Positions 43,618 through 54,993 of a DNA stretch of 64,000 bases are shown here, piece by piece. Origin of the DNA: an uncultured Planctomycetota bacterium (GTDB lineage: Bacteria; Planctomycetota; Planctomycetia; Isosphaerales; Isosphaeraceae); contig CAWJTV010000034.1 in assembly GCA_963845755.1 (NCBI GenBank), positions 704,001 to 768,000 of the forward strand, in the 5' to 3' direction. Numbering within the stretch: position 1 is the stretch's first letter; each line of letters begins with the position of its first letter. A program made the translations under genes and the position numbers. The notes under the pieces were generated by a model. That model was not told where the DNA came from. It did not search any database and worked only from the letters and a program-made list of their open reading frames with translations.

Positions 43618-44351
43618 TTGGCCTCGACTTTGAAAACCGCGCTCGTTACCGGGGCGGGAAGCGGCATCGGGCGGAGCATCACGGCCACCTTGGCCGACAT
43701 GGGCCTGCGCGTCGCCCTTCTCGGCCGCAATCGTGAGAAGCTCGAGCGCGCCCGGGCCGAGCTGGCCAGCGGTCGCGATTCGGCGTTCGTCGCCGCCTGC
43801 GATATCAGCGACCGGTTTGCCGTCACGGCGGCCGTCGATCAGATATTGGCCGCGTTCGAGGGGATCGACGTACTCGTGTGCAACGCGGGGACCAACGTGA
43901 AGAACCGGAGCCTCGAATCCCTCGACCCGGCCGACTGGGACCGAATGATCGCTATCAACCTCACAGGGGCCTTCAACCTCGTTCATGCGATCCTGCCGTC
44001 GATGCGGCAGAAGCAGAACGGGCTGGTCATTCAGATCTGCTCGGTGTCCGGTTTGCGCGCGAGCACCCTAGGGGCGCCGGCTACTCGGCGTCGAAGTTCG
44101 GCCAGTCCGCTCTCGGCATTTGTCTGGGTCGCGAGGAGGGCACCCGCGGCATCCGGTCCTCCGTCATCTATCCCGGCGAGGTGAACACGCCGATCCTCGA
44201 TGCGCGGCCGGTTCCCGTGGGACCCGACCGACGCGCGGCGATTCTCCAGCCGGAAGATGTCGCCGCGGCCGTCCGGTTCCTCGTCAACCTCCACCCGCGC
44301 GCCCACGTGCCCGAACTCGTCATCAAGCCGACGGTCGATGACTTCTGCTGA
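43618..44351 (+). CDS. SDR-family oxidoreductase (frameshift ~44075)
   Basis: AGGAGG-TTG start, TGAGSGIG, NAG and YSASK. Confidence 0.9.
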
Positions 44352-44441
44352 TTTCCCGGGTGGCAAGCAAGGCCGGGGCGGCCTGATCCGCCCGTCTACC
44401 GACATCCTTCTCGCCACTTCGCCGCTCGCGGAGCCGCGCGC

Positions 44442-46447
44442 TTACGAAGAGGCCGCGGCTTTGCGGTGCACCTCGTCATGATTCATCTGGCCGGCCTCGA
44501 CCTCGCCGGTCGCGTATTCGTTGAACTCGGTGTAGACCAGGTGACGATAGAGCTTGCTCTCGTTCTGAAGGTGAACCGGCGCCCCCGTCTCTTCGACGCG
44601 GCCGTGTTGCAGGACAAGGACATGGTCGCTCGCCCGCAGGCTCGAGAGGCGGTGCGGGATCAATATCAGCGTCCGGCCGTTCGATAGGCGCGCCAACGTG
44701 TCGTCGATGAAGTGCCTGGCGTCCTGATCGATCGGAGAGTTCGGTTCTTCCACGACCAGGATCGAGGGGTCGTGCAGGTAGGCGCGGGCCAGGGCGATCC
44801 GGAACTGCTCGTCGGGTTTGAGGTAGTGGCCGAGCTGGCCAATAATCGTATCGTAGCCGTGCGGGAGATCCTGGATGAAGTGGTGGGCGTGCGTGATCTT
44901 GGCGGCCTCGATCACGCGCGGCAGGGTGTTCATCGGATCGCCCAGGCCGATGTTGACCAGTACGCTGTCGGTGAACACCAGGTCGGCCTGGAGCACGGTG
45001 GCGACTTGGGCGCGGACCGAGTCGAGTGTCGCCTCGCGGATATCGCGGCCGTCGATCAGCACTCGGCCCGACTTGGGGTCGATCAATCGGGGAATGAGGC
45101 AGGCAATCGCCAGCTTCGAGTCGTCGTCAAATCCCACCAGCGCCGTCCGCACGCCCGCGGGGATCTCCACCGAGACGTCGTCGAGCAGGATCCGACCCGA
45201 TCGGCTCTCCAGGGAGACATTCTCCAGCGTGATCTGCTCCTTGAGCGAGTTGAGGAAATGTGCGCCGACGGTCTGGTGCAACTCGGGCTTGCGTTCGAGG
45301 AACTCCAGGATGCCGGTCGCCGACCGGTTGGCCTGCCGGAGGGCCTTCTGGAGCCTCAGCCATTCCGTGATCGGGTAGGCCATCCCCGTGAGCGACACGA
45401 ACAAAATCACCATGGTCGCGATCGAGAATTGCTTGGTCACGACGACGTTATAGCCGAGCAGCCCGAGGGCCAGGGCCAGGGCCGCCCCGAAGAGCAGGAG
45501 GGTGCTCGGATTGAGCTGGGCGCCGGTCGCCATCCGCCGAGCGTCGGCAAGCCGGAATCGGTTCAGGTGCTCCTCGAATCGCTGACGATCGTATTCCTCG
45601 ATGTTGTAGATCCGGACCGTTCGGAGCAATCCCAGGTCCTCGTGGAGCAGGCACAACTGGACCGACGCATCCCGCATGGCCGCGTCCGACGACAGGCGGG
45701 CATCGCGGCTCCATGACCCGGGCGGTCATCCAGACCAGCCCGCCCAGCGACGCTAGGAACACCGTCAACGTCGGCGAGACGAGGAGGGACAGAAGCAGCA
45801 GGCCGGCCGCCAGGACGTGGACGCGGGGCGTGAATTCCAGGTCGGCAAACAGGCCGTCGCGGATGTCATTCACCTCGCGCGTCCAGAGGTTGATCACCGG
45901 CCCCACGCCCTCGGTCGGCAACGACGATTGGCCCAGCCGGTACATCTGGCGATGGAGCTGGAGCCGGAGGGTCGTCGCCACCTCGGTCGCCGCGCGCACC
46001 GTCACCTGACGCCGCCACTGGGAGAGGATCGCGATCAAGATCAAGCAGATCAATCCCAACGCGAGCAACGAGCCGAGCGCCGAGGTTGTTCCGCAGGGTC
46101 GGCAGCAACGCGGTGAAGGCCATCATGGCCCTCGCCTCGACGCGATGGATCGGGTTCCTACCGGCGTAGTTGTCCGCGATCATCGGGAAAACGCCCGTGT
46201 CATCGTAGAGCAGGAAGTTATGCTCCTGCCCGACGTAGTGCGACGTCACCCATGTCGGCAACTCATTGACGCGATCCTTGGGGAACCGTGCCTCGCCCCG
46301 CGACGACATCAGCGCGACGAACAGGGCCAGGATCCCCAGCAAAGCCACGATCAAGAGTGAATGAATGACCCCGAGTGTCCGCGCAGTGACTTGATCGCGC
46401 CGAGAACTCAGGAGGTTTCGCGCGCGACGATATGCAAGGGCCTGCAT
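44442..46447 (-). CDS. ABC exporter TMD-NBD fusion with degenerate ATPase motifs (frameshifts ~46075, ~45710)
   Basis: TM helices followed by an NBD with Walker A GFDDDSKL, signature LKPDE, Walker B ILVVEEP and H-loop IPHR. Confidence 0.8.
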
Positions 46448-46632
46448 GCGTGAGATCCCCCGACTTGGGGCCAAGCGCTCGATACGGGGTTGCCCGACCC
46501 GCCGGCTCCGATGCGCGTGTCCGCACCCACCGCGACCGCCCCTCGCCTCGGTCGTCCAGAGCCACTCCCCAGTCCTCGGGAGTGGCTCCCGACCGAAGCC
46601 GACGCAACCGCGCACCGGCGAGGGCGGTCGCG

Positions 46633-47454
46633 TCAGGCCAGGTCGCGGTCCTCGAACAAGAGGAACGCCAACAACAACGCTGCTACACTGTACAACACGC
46701 AATACCCGAATGTCGGCAGGACGTACCCAAGCCACGGGATCACGGCCCCTGTGGAGATCGATGGGCCCGCGTTGAAGAATTCCAGGGCTGGCAGCGCCCA
46801 CGCAAAGAATTTGGCCATGAATCCGACCAGCTCATTCACCTGCTTCGCCTCGGCCGCTTCCACCAGTACCGGGCTCAGGTGCCCGAGGAAGAAGATCAGG
46901 ATGCAAACCACCAGGTTGGCCAGCATGGGTAGTCGTGTGGAGATCGCCACGCTGATGGCCGTCAGGACGGTCACTTCCATGAAGCCCAGCGCCAATCCCG
47001 GCATAACCTGCATCACCTGCGCCCACTGCTTCGACGATTCCGCGATCCCTCCGGCCGATTCGCGCAGATCGTACTCGTACTTGTACCACACGCCCGCGGC
47101 AAACAACCCACCCAGGATCGCGTAGAGTGCCAGCACGCCCAGCTCGATCCCCAGGAATTTCCCGATGATGAATTGCCGACGGTTGATCGGCTTCGATAAC
47201 AACGTGATCGCCGTCTTCCCCTCGATCTCTTCGGCAACTGTAGAGCTCGCCGTCAAGAGGGCCAGCAGCATGCAGAAGAACGAGATCGTGGTCAATCCCG
47301 TGTCTTTGTACATCTTGATGTCTTCACCAAACGTGAAGTACGAGATGAAGATCGTCACGATCAGCAAGGCACCGGCGAAGACCGCCATGACGAAGAACGC
47401 CGGCTGTCGGATGGCTTCCTTCGCGGTTGCAAGAGCAATGGTGATTGATTTCAT
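46633..47454 (-). CDS. ABC-2 type permease
   Basis: About 6 TM helices and EEIEGKTAITLLSKPINRRQFIIGKFLG. Confidence 0.88.
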   Translation of the reverse strand: MKSITIALATAKEAIRQPAFFVMAVFAGALLIVTIFISYFTFGEDIKMYKDTGLTTISFFCMLLALLTASSTVAEEIEGKTAITLLSKPINRRQFIIGKFLGIELGVLALYAILGGLFAAGVWYKYEYDLRESAGGIAESSKQWAQVMQVMPGLALGFMEVTVLTAISVAISTRLPMLANLVVCILIFFLGHLSPVLVEAAEAKQVNELVGFMAKFFAWALPALEFFNAGPSISTGAVIPWLGYVLPTFGYCVLYSVAALLLAFLLFEDRDLA

Positions 47455-47546
47455 GATTCCCTTGGGATTGAGTCATCCAGGATGAATGAGAAAGAATCGA
47501 ACGATCGCGGAGTCCGAGTCGCCGGGATTCGGGACTCTCTGGTCCG

Positions 47547-47825
47547 CTAATGACGAATCGTGAAGCCGGAAATCGGAGATGCACCCAGTGGTTCGTACGC
47601 GGTGTCTACGGTTTCGATGTATGAGTTCATCTCTTCGAGGATGGCCGACAAGAAGTGATCCACCTCCTGGCCGTGGCCCTCAACCACAAGTTCAACGCGG
47701 CCGTCGGGCAGGTTGCGAACGAAGCCCGCAACGTCGAAACCGCGGGCCAGGGACTGGCAGGTGTATCGGAAGCCCACCCCCTGGACACGGCCCGAAAAAA
47801 CGACGCGGCGACGCTCTCGATGCAT
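47547..47825 (-). CDS. acyP: acylphosphatase
   Basis: SGRVQGVGFR, GFVRNLPDGRVE. Confidence 0.94.
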   Translation of the reverse strand: MHRERRRVVFSGRVQGVGFRYTCQSLARGFDVAGFVRNLPDGRVELVVEGHGQEVDHFLSAILEEMNSYIETVDTAYEPLGASPISGFTIRH

Positions 47826-47902
47826 GCAATTCCGCCTGGCTGAGGCCAGGCCCGACGGATCCCAGGATGACTCATGGGCAAGTCCGACACGCCCGAAGAA
47901 AG

Positions 47903-47942
47903 AAGGGGACCGGCTCCGAGTCGTCGAGGTGCCTGTCCCCCT
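47903..47942. repeat. REP-like palindrome GGGGACCGGCTCC...GGTGCCTGTCCCC (half copy at 51133-51146)
   Basis: Imperfect inverted repeat, with one arm recurring elsewhere in the window. Confidence 0.55.
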
Positions 47943-48260
47943 ATTCGTTCGGGCGTTGTAGCGCCGGCCCATCCATCCTAGCGGCTCCCGCCCAGAGGAA
48001 GCAAGTCGTCATGGGCAAGTGCGTCTCGGCAGGTGAGGTAGGCCCGGACTCAATGGAAGCATCGGAGCTCCCGTCCAGGCTTCGTCAGCGACGGCGAACC
48101 CCGGTCTGGAGCAAGCTGGGAGTGGCTAGCCCGCGGGTGTAACTCGAAATCAGGGTGGAATATCGATCAAGCATCCCATGGTCGCGAGAGCAGCAGGCGG
48201 AGCGGTGCAGGGCTTTCGGAATGCCCAAGTCCCTGCACCGCTCCGCCAGGCTTATGCGGC

Positions 48261-49646
48261 TCAAAGGCCATTGAGTTCGACGTGTTCGACGAGAGAGGCC
48301 GTGGCCGCCTGGAGGGGCAAGAGCGCCGATCGGGCCGGCCCAACACCCACGCCCTGGAATGGGACGGACGGTGCCCCCGACGAGTTCCCGGCGCGGACGA
48401 CCACGTTGGACACCGTGAACGGCAAGCGGTTCTCCAGTCGGAGCGTCGTGCTGCCCACGGCCCGTCGCGCCGGCTTCACCGTGACGAAGGCCCCGGCCAG
48501 AGCGCGATCGATGGCCCGAGAGAGCGTGGCGCCATCCACCACGGATATCGACGAATTCTCGCGGAAGGACACTTTCCCGAACGGGGACCAGGCGTTGGGC
48601 GCGGCACAGGTAGTGACCACGATCCGGCCGCGGGTCTCACCCGTCCGGGCCTCGGTCAAGAAGACCTTCAGCGCCAGCGAAGGGGCCGTCGCCGCCGGAA
48701 GCCCGTCGGCCTCGATGACCTTGAGAGGGAGTCCCATCACGCGCAGACCGTCGAGCTGACCCTGGAGCCGTCGGGCGTCGCGGCTGAGGGTCCCTTCGCC
48801 TTGGACCTGGATGAAGAGACGCGACTCGCTGAGTGCCGAAGACTCGACCAGCTCGCTCGCGCTCGAGTCGTCGAGCGCCTCGACGAATCGCGCGGCCAGC
48901 GCGATCTCGTGGCCGTTCATAACCTTGCCGCCGGCCTGCTCCATCATGACCTCGAACGGCAGGTCGTTACAGAGCCGCCACATGACGGCCTGGGCGACCC
49001 CCTGACTGGTGCCAAGGGTGGCCAGGCTCCGCAGTGCCTTGCGGATGCGAGGGTCAGCCGTATAGGTGTCAACGTCCATGAGGGTCAGTTTGTCGCGACC
49101 ACTCGGGGCTGCGAGCCCGTAATTCAGGCAGACGCCGGGGATAGAAACCTCGATCGTCTCGCCGGCGGGGACGGCCACCGCGTGGCTGACCGGGTCCACG
49201 GTCGGCGCGACGGAGTGCAGCCCGGCAATCGCCTCACCCTGGAACTCGCCAAAGGCGCCTTCCCGGTTGGTCACCGAACCGAGGCCGATGCTCTGAAGGC
49301 CGCCGCCACGGCCGCCGGCGCCCCCGCCACCGGGCTGGGCGACCTTGCTGGACGCCACAAGGCCCGGCGGAATGATCACGCTCAACCGACGGCTCGAGTT
49401 GTTCTTGATCGTCATGCGGACCTGATCCTGGCCGTGACCGCGGGTCACGACCGCCAGCTCGCCGGACTTGCTGGCCTGGAGGAGGTCAACCGTTGCGGTC
49501 ACGACTTCGACCGGCGGCGCGGACGGCTCCGTGGTCACCGGAGCCGGTGTCTGGGCCGTCGCAATTGACCCGCCCAGGAACAGCATTCCACTGAGAAGGC
49601 CCGCGGCCGCCAGGGCCCGGACCAGACAAAGGTGTTGACACTGCAT
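48261..49646 (-). CDS. secreted hypothetical protein
   Basis: Signal peptide in a 461-aa intact ORF, with VCLNYG and AQAVMW motifs. Confidence 0.8.
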   Translation of the reverse strand: MQCQHLCLVRALAAAGLLSGMLFLGGSIATAQTPAPVTTEPSAPPVEVVTATVDLLQASKSGELAVVTRGHGQDQVRMTIKNNSSRRLSVIIPPGLVASSKVAQPGGGGAGGRGGGLQSIGLGSVTNREGAFGEFQGEAIAGLHSVAPTVDPVSHAVAVPAGETIEVSIPGVCLNYGLAAPSGRDKLTLMDVDTYTADPRIRKALRSLATLGTSQGVAQAVMWRLCNDLPFEVMMEQAGGKVMNGHEIALAARFVEALDDSSASELVESSALSESRLFIQVQGEGTLSRDARRLQGQLDGLRVMGLPLKVIEADGLPAATAPSLALKVFLTEARTGETRGRIVVTTCAAPNAWSPFGKVSFRENSSISVVDGATLSRAIDRALAGAFVTVKPARRAVGSTTLRLENRLPFTVSNVVVRAGNSSGAPSVPFQGVGVGPARSALLPLQAATASLVEHVELNGL

Positions 49647-50130
49647 CGCGCTTGTCCCTTTCTGGACGGGGCCGACGCCGGAGGGCCGAACCATCCTGCC
49701 GTTCCCTCCCAGGCCCGAGTCACCGACAAAACTGTGGGAGATCATCCGATCCCTTCCCCACGCACCACCGTGACATCTTCCCATTCTGTGCAGACGTTGC
49801 CGCGCTCTTCAATATTCGAACGCATCACGTCCTAGTATTCGGCCGACAGCCGTCCAATCATTCGGTCGAATTGGCGAAATGCCCAAAACGCGCGATTTCG
49901 CCGCTCGGCGGCATTCCGGATCGTCATCTCCCGGATTCTCATCGCATTCGGGACAGTCAACAGGTCGCGCCGTCCGCGGGCGCCGAACCCAATCTCGTGT
50001 CCGGGACACGCGACCCGCCGATCGAAAGGATCGCCTTGTCACCCGAATTCGCGGCCGACCATAATCCAACGTGGCGGTATCGTGGCGGCTCGTCGATGAC
50101 TCTGTGTGCGAAGCAAGGGAGGATCCATCG

Positions 50131-50945
50131 ATGCAGTCCCAGGCGAATCGCGTGTTGATCACCGGGGGCAGCCGTGGGTTGGGACGAGCAGCGGGCGAGT
50201 GGCTCGCCGCGCAGGGATCCGCGGTCGGACTCATCGCCAGGACACAGATCGACCTGAGCGCCGCGGTCGCGGCGATCGAAGGGGCAGGGGGATTCGCATG
50301 CTCTCAGGTCTGTGATGTCCGGGACCGCGCAAGGCTCGAGGCATCGACGACCCGAATTGCCGGTGTACTGGGCGGACTCGACGCCCTCGTATGCGCAGTC
50401 GGCCGGCTGCGCGGGATCGGGCCGACCGCCATTGTCGACGCGGATCTCTGGTGGGATGACGTCGAGACCGCGGTACGCGGCGTCCATCATGCCATCCGTG
50501 CGGCACTCCCCTGGCTCCGCAAATCCGCGAAGGGATCGATTACGGTCCTGGTCGGTCCTGGCCACCAGGGGCGCTTCCGTTTGCGACGGGCTACGGGTGT
50601 GCTCAGGCCGCGCTGGTCCGCCTCGTCGAATCGCTCGGCCAGGAGTTGGCTGCGGAAAACATCGTCATTTACGCCGTGACTCCCGGACTGGTTCCGACGG
50701 GGGTCGTCCGCGGTCTCATCGATAGTCGCGAGGGGCGGCGATGGCTGCCCCGCTTCAATGAAGCGTTCGCCGAAGGCAAGGAAGTCGACCCATCGATTGC
50801 CGCCGAGATGGTGGCATGGCTGATCGAGAGGCGTCCGACCGAGTTGAATGGCCGAGTCGTCGCCGCCCCCGCAACCCCGGCCATCCTGGAGACCCGGCTG
50901 GAACGCATTCAGTCCGAGAATCTGGGCGTCCTTCGGCTGCGATAA
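50131..50945 (+). CDS. SDR-family oxidoreductase (frameshift ~50575)
   Basis: GGAGG RBS and TGGSRGLG. The catalytic motif is atypical, YGCAQ. Confidence 0.82.
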
Positions 50946-51258
50946 CGCTGTGGAAGGGCTCGGTCCGATCCGGACGCACGGATTCGATTCGCGGCGAACC
51001 GTCCGACCGACACCCTGCCAGGCCATTGACCAGAGTCCGTTAAGAAAATTAAACTCCCTATTAGAGGCAGCCGAATGCGTTTCGGGATCGAGAGGGCCGG
51101 GGCTTAAGCCGAGCCTTGGTTCCCCGGACGAGAGGGGACTGGCTCCACGACTTCGCCCTCCTTGTCAGGGCTCCTGAACAAGCGATCTCACGGGGCGGGG
51201 GCCTCGCGGGGAGAACGAGTTCGCTCGAGTAACGCGATCGAGCATTGTGAGGACCTAC

Positions 51259-51753
51259 ATGAGTTTCGCCGAGGACGATGCTGGCGGCGACGTCGAGCTG
51301 GAAACGATGCATGGCCGGAGCTGGCCCTCGATCACGCAATTCTCGGTCTTCCTCGAGAACCGCGTAGGTCAATTGCTCGAGGTCTACCGCTCGTTTCAGG
51401 GGTCGAAGGTTCGGATCGTCGGCCTGACCATTTCTGATTCGGCCGATTGTTCGATCCTCCGGCTGCTCCTGAGTCATTCCGAGCAGGGCCGAGAGATCCT
51501 CGCCCTGAATAAGCACGCGTTCGCCGAGAACGAGCTGCTGGTGGTCGAGCTGCCCACCGGCCCGCATTCGCTCTCCGACATGTGCGTGGCGCTGCTCCAG
51601 GCCGAGATCAACATCCACTATGCCTACCCGTTGCTCGTGCATCCGCGGAATCGCGGGGCCGTGGCGCTCCACGTCGATAATATCGAGCAGGCGAACATGA
51701 CCTTGCACAGCATGGGCTTCGATCTCCTCTGCGAGGCGGATCTGGCTGTTTAG
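51259..51753 (+). CDS. tandem ACT domain protein
   Basis: QFSVFLENRVGQL, INIHYAY. Confidence 0.85.
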   Translation: MSFAEDDAGGDVELETMHGRSWPSITQFSVFLENRVGQLLEVYRSFQGSKVRIVGLTISDSADCSILRLLLSHSEQGREILALNKHAFAENELLVVELPTGPHSLSDMCVALLQAEINIHYAYPLLVHPRNRGAVALHVDNIEQANMTLHSMGFDLLCEADLAV

Positions 51754-51808
51754 GATTCGGTCTCCGCCGTCGGGCCGGGGCCGAGCCATGTAAGGCGAGC
51801 GCAACCTG

Positions 51809-52915
51809 ATGAGCAACGGTCTTTCGGGGAAGCTGGCATGGACTGAGGCCGATCCGCTGGACCCACACCTGGCGACCGCGACCGAGGAACTCGCCAGCGA
51901 AGATGGCCGATCAGCCGATCAAGCGGAATGGCCGGAACCACTCTGGGGAACGATCGAGCGCCTCGGGGCGTCCCGGTGGACGCTTCCCCGCGAATGCGGT
52001 GGCGAAGCCTGTAGTCGTCCGCTGCTGGTCCAGCGTTACGCGCGGCTGGCCGGTGGCAGCCTCACCGCGGTCTTCATCCTTTCCCAGCACGATGCGGCAC
52101 TGCGCCGATTGCTGGCCGCGCCGGCGAACCCGACAGCCGACCGTTGGCTGAATGCCGTCGGCCGGAAGCGTGCCGTCGCGACGGTCGGCATCTCGCACCT
52201 GACGACCTCGCGGCGACTGGGTGCGCAGGCAATCCACGTCTTCGAGGTTGCGCCCGGCCGTTATCGTTTGAACGGGACGATGCCCTGGGTGACGGCGGCC
52301 TCGCGTGCCAACCTCATCGTCACGGGCGCGGCACTCGACGACGGCCGGCAAATGCTGATCGCGCTGCCGGCCGATCGGCCGGGCGTGACGATTTGCCCGC
52401 CCTTCGCACTGGCGGCGCTCCAGGCGTCGTGCACGTCGCAGGTCGATCTTCGAGACGTGGAGGTGGATGATTCCGACCTCCTGGCCGGGCCCGCGGCCGA
52501 GGTCCTGTCGCACGCCGGTGCGGTAGGAACCGGAGGGCTGGAGACGTCCGCCCTCGCACTCGGCCAGGCCCGCGCGGCGTTATCGGCCCTGGTCGCCCTG
52601 GCGCCGGACCGGAGCGAACTCCTCGAACCGTTGGATGTTCTCTGCGAGACGTCGCGCGCGCTCTGGGTCCAGCTCATGGCCCATGCGCGAGGCGAGCCCG
52701 ACGCCTCCACTGCCAGCCAGATCCGAACCCAGGCCAACGCCCTGGTCCTCCGCTCGACGCAGGCCTATCTGACCGCGCGAAAAGGGACGGGATTCCTCCG
52801 GAGCGAGCCGGCCCAGCGGTGGGCACGGCAGGCCCTCTTCTTCCTCGTCTGGTCGTGCCCGGCGCCGATCGCCGAGGCCGCCATCCGCGACCTCGCAGGC
52901 CTCTGCCCGGCGTAA
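51809..52915 (+). CDS. acyl-CoA dehydrogenase family protein
   Basis: SLTAVFILSQH, YRLNGTMPWVT and AQRWARQALFFLVW. Confidence 0.85.
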   Translation: MSNGLSGKLAWTEADPLDPHLATATEELASEDGRSADQAEWPEPLWGTIERLGASRWTLPRECGGEACSRPLLVQRYARLAGGSLTAVFILSQHDAALRRLLAAPANPTADRWLNAVGRKRAVATVGISHLTTSRRLGAQAIHVFEVAPGRYRLNGTMPWVTAASRANLIVTGAALDDGRQMLIALPADRPGVTICPPFALAALQASCTSQVDLRDVEVDDSDLLAGPAAEVLSHAGAVGTGGLETSALALGQARAALSALVALAPDRSELLEPLDVLCETSRALWVQLMAHARGEPDASTASQIRTQANALVLRSTQAYLTARKGTGFLRSEPAQRWARQALFFLVWSCPAPIAEAAIRDLAGLCPA

Positions 52916-53186
52916 CCCGCACATTTCGTTCTCAACCAAGCGACGATGGGCAAGTCGGCTCATCGATTGCACGAGATACGCTCCAGGAGAAACGGGACCG
53001 GCTCGGTGGAGGCGTCGCGGAACCCGCGGCGATCGCTTGAGCCGAAGTGAGAGTGCTTAACGTTTGGGTTGCACACACCCTGAGGCGATTCGAATTCACC
53101 CCCCCTTCAGAACCGGCTTGGCCGGTTGCGCCGAACTCGGGAACCCGTGGCACCGGTCCGACAGAGCTTCATTCAATGCGCGGGGA

Positions 53187-54791
53187 TCACGGGACCTCCG
53201 CTGGTTTCCGTCCTTTCCCACCGGCGGCACTCCGTTTCCCGGGAGCGGGAAAGCAGAGCTGGTTACCGTTGTCGGGGAGGGTCGGGACCGGAGTTTGGAC
53301 AATCCGGTCGAGGTCCGGGAGCCCCTCACGGGCGAAGATGATGCAATAGGAGTCCTGATAGAGAGATATCCAACCCGTCATACGGCTCAACGGGACAACG
53401 ACCGGCCATCTCTTGGGTATCAGGATGAGATCCGTGGGCGACCCCGTTTTCAGCAAGGCATCCCAGGCACCGCTTCCTCGTGCGAGGTCGAGCGACTGCC
53501 GATAGCTCTGGTCCGAGTAAACCGTCTCGCGTCTGCCGTCGATCGAGACCTTGACCTCGGGCCCCAGGTGCCAGATGACATACTCACCCCAGTCGAAAGG
53601 GACCACCATGTTCCCATGAAACCGGCTCTGATTCAGGAATGCGACCGCCCGCGCCGGGTAAGGGAAGTAGATTGGCTCGATGCGAATGCAGCCGAAACGC
53701 GGGAGCGAAATGCCGATGAGCAACACCGACATGAACAGACTCAGCGCCGTGGCTGGAGTCGATTCCTCAACGGATGGTGATCCAAGCGGCCGCCATTGAT
53801 TCCAGGCGTCCGCGATGTGCACTCCGCCCAGAACCACCAGCGAGAGAGCGAACAACGGGTAATGACGATGGGCGATGAGAGGAAGGATCGCCGTGAGGAC
53901 AAGAATGAGGACTGCCGCCGGTTTCCTTGGGCGTCGACTCCGGATCAGACTGATCGCGCCGATCAGCACGAGTCCGAGATAGAGGATTCCCGGCACGCTC
54001 GAGAATCGCACGGGCGTCCACTCGATGATCTCGGGCCGGGGTACCGTGCCAGTTCGGAGCAGGAATTGCACGAGCTCCACGCCATAGGGGTTGAATAACA
54101 GTGCAAGCCCGCAGATCGAGCCGAGAAGTCCCAGTTGGCCCAGATCGACCAGGTATCCGAGCGGAGTGTGGTGATGGTCTCGGAGGACCGCGAGGCGGCG
54201 CACCAGCAGCCAGCCCAGGACGATGCCTACGCCCGCGAGGACCCCGCCGTGCAGGTTCACCCAGGCCGCGAAGATGATCGGCAAGACCCATAGGGTGGAC
54301 TCATACCCTGCCTCCGCGCGCTCGAGCAGGAGCAACACCACGAAATAGAGACCGTAAGTGAATATCTGAGGCCGGATCGTGCCCAGGCCCATCTGATACG
54401 GGAAACCGATGAGCACCAGCAGCATCAGCGAGCGCCCGGGCCCGAGGCCACAACGACCCAGATGGACATAGCTCAGCCCGGCGATCAGCAGGCTGACGAG
54501 CACCTTGGCTGCGATCAGCCCTGGCGGCCCCCATCGGTTGTAGACCATGGCAAAGATGACTTCGGACAGCCACTCGTGATTGATCCAGGACTGTCCTGCA
54601 GTCCGATAGGAGTATCTATCGGTCTGAATGGGCTGACCTGTGCTCGAGATGTCCTGGCCGAATCGGATGTGGCCCCAGATGTCGGGATCGGCCACAGTCT
54701 CAGCAAACCAGAACACACTCAGACTGCTGAGCAAGGCGATCGGACCGATTGCTCGCCAGGGAGGAAATCTCGACAGCGTCATTCTTGGCAT
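53187..54791 (-). CDS. polytopic membrane protein (GT-C glycosyltransferase-like)
   Basis: About 11 TM helices, with DPDIWGH after TM1, WINHEWLSE, IRPQ, WVNLHGG and IDGR. Confidence 0.75.
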   Translation of the reverse strand: MPRMTLSRFPPWRAIGPIALLSSLSVFWFAETVADPDIWGHIRFGQDISSTGQPIQTDRYSYRTAGQSWINHEWLSEVIFAMVYNRWGPPGLIAAKVLVSLLIAGLSYVHLGRCGLGPGRSLMLLVLIGFPYQMGLGTIRPQIFTYGLYFVVLLLLERAEAGYESTLWVLPIIFAAWVNLHGGVLAGVGIVLGWLLVRRLAVLRDHHHTPLGYLVDLGQLGLLGSICGLALLFNPYGVELVQFLLRTGTVPRPEIIEWTPVRFSSVPGILYLGLVLIGAISLIRSRRPRKPAAVLILVLTAILPLIAHRHYPLFALSLVVLGGVHIADAWNQWRPLGSPSVEESTPATALSLFMSVLLIGISLPRFGCIRIEPIYFPYPARAVAFLNQSRFHGNMVVPFDWGEYVIWHLGPEVKVSIDGRRETVYSDQSYRQSLDLARGSGAWDALLKTGSPTDLILIPKRWPVVVPLSRMTGWISLYQDSYCIIFAREGLPDLDRIVQTPVPTLPDNGNQLCFPAPGKRSAAGGKGRKPAEVP

Positions 54792-54993
54792 TTCCCTCGG
54801 GCTCGGACCGATTTCCGTGGGTTAATGGGGGTCTCTAAGAGAGTTCGGAAGCAGCAAGCTACGCAACGACTGACCGACTTCTAACCGCGCGGCTGCTGGC
54901 GGTTCCCGCGAACCGTCAGTGCAGCGACCTGGTGGCGGAAAAGACACCCGGCGGGGTTCGCGATGCGCCGTCGGTTCGCAGCTTCCCAACGCT

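Noticed and set aside
51030..51075. Possible IS end (GAGTCCGTTAAGAAA)
   Set aside because: No partner inverted repeat or transposase was found nearby.
53098..53142. Group II intron domain V/VI remnant (CCGGTTCTGAAGGGGGGG on the minus strand)
   Set aside because: There is no properly paired domain V with its catalytic triad. It is better explained as the hairpin AACCGGC-TTG-GCCGGTT between convergent genes.
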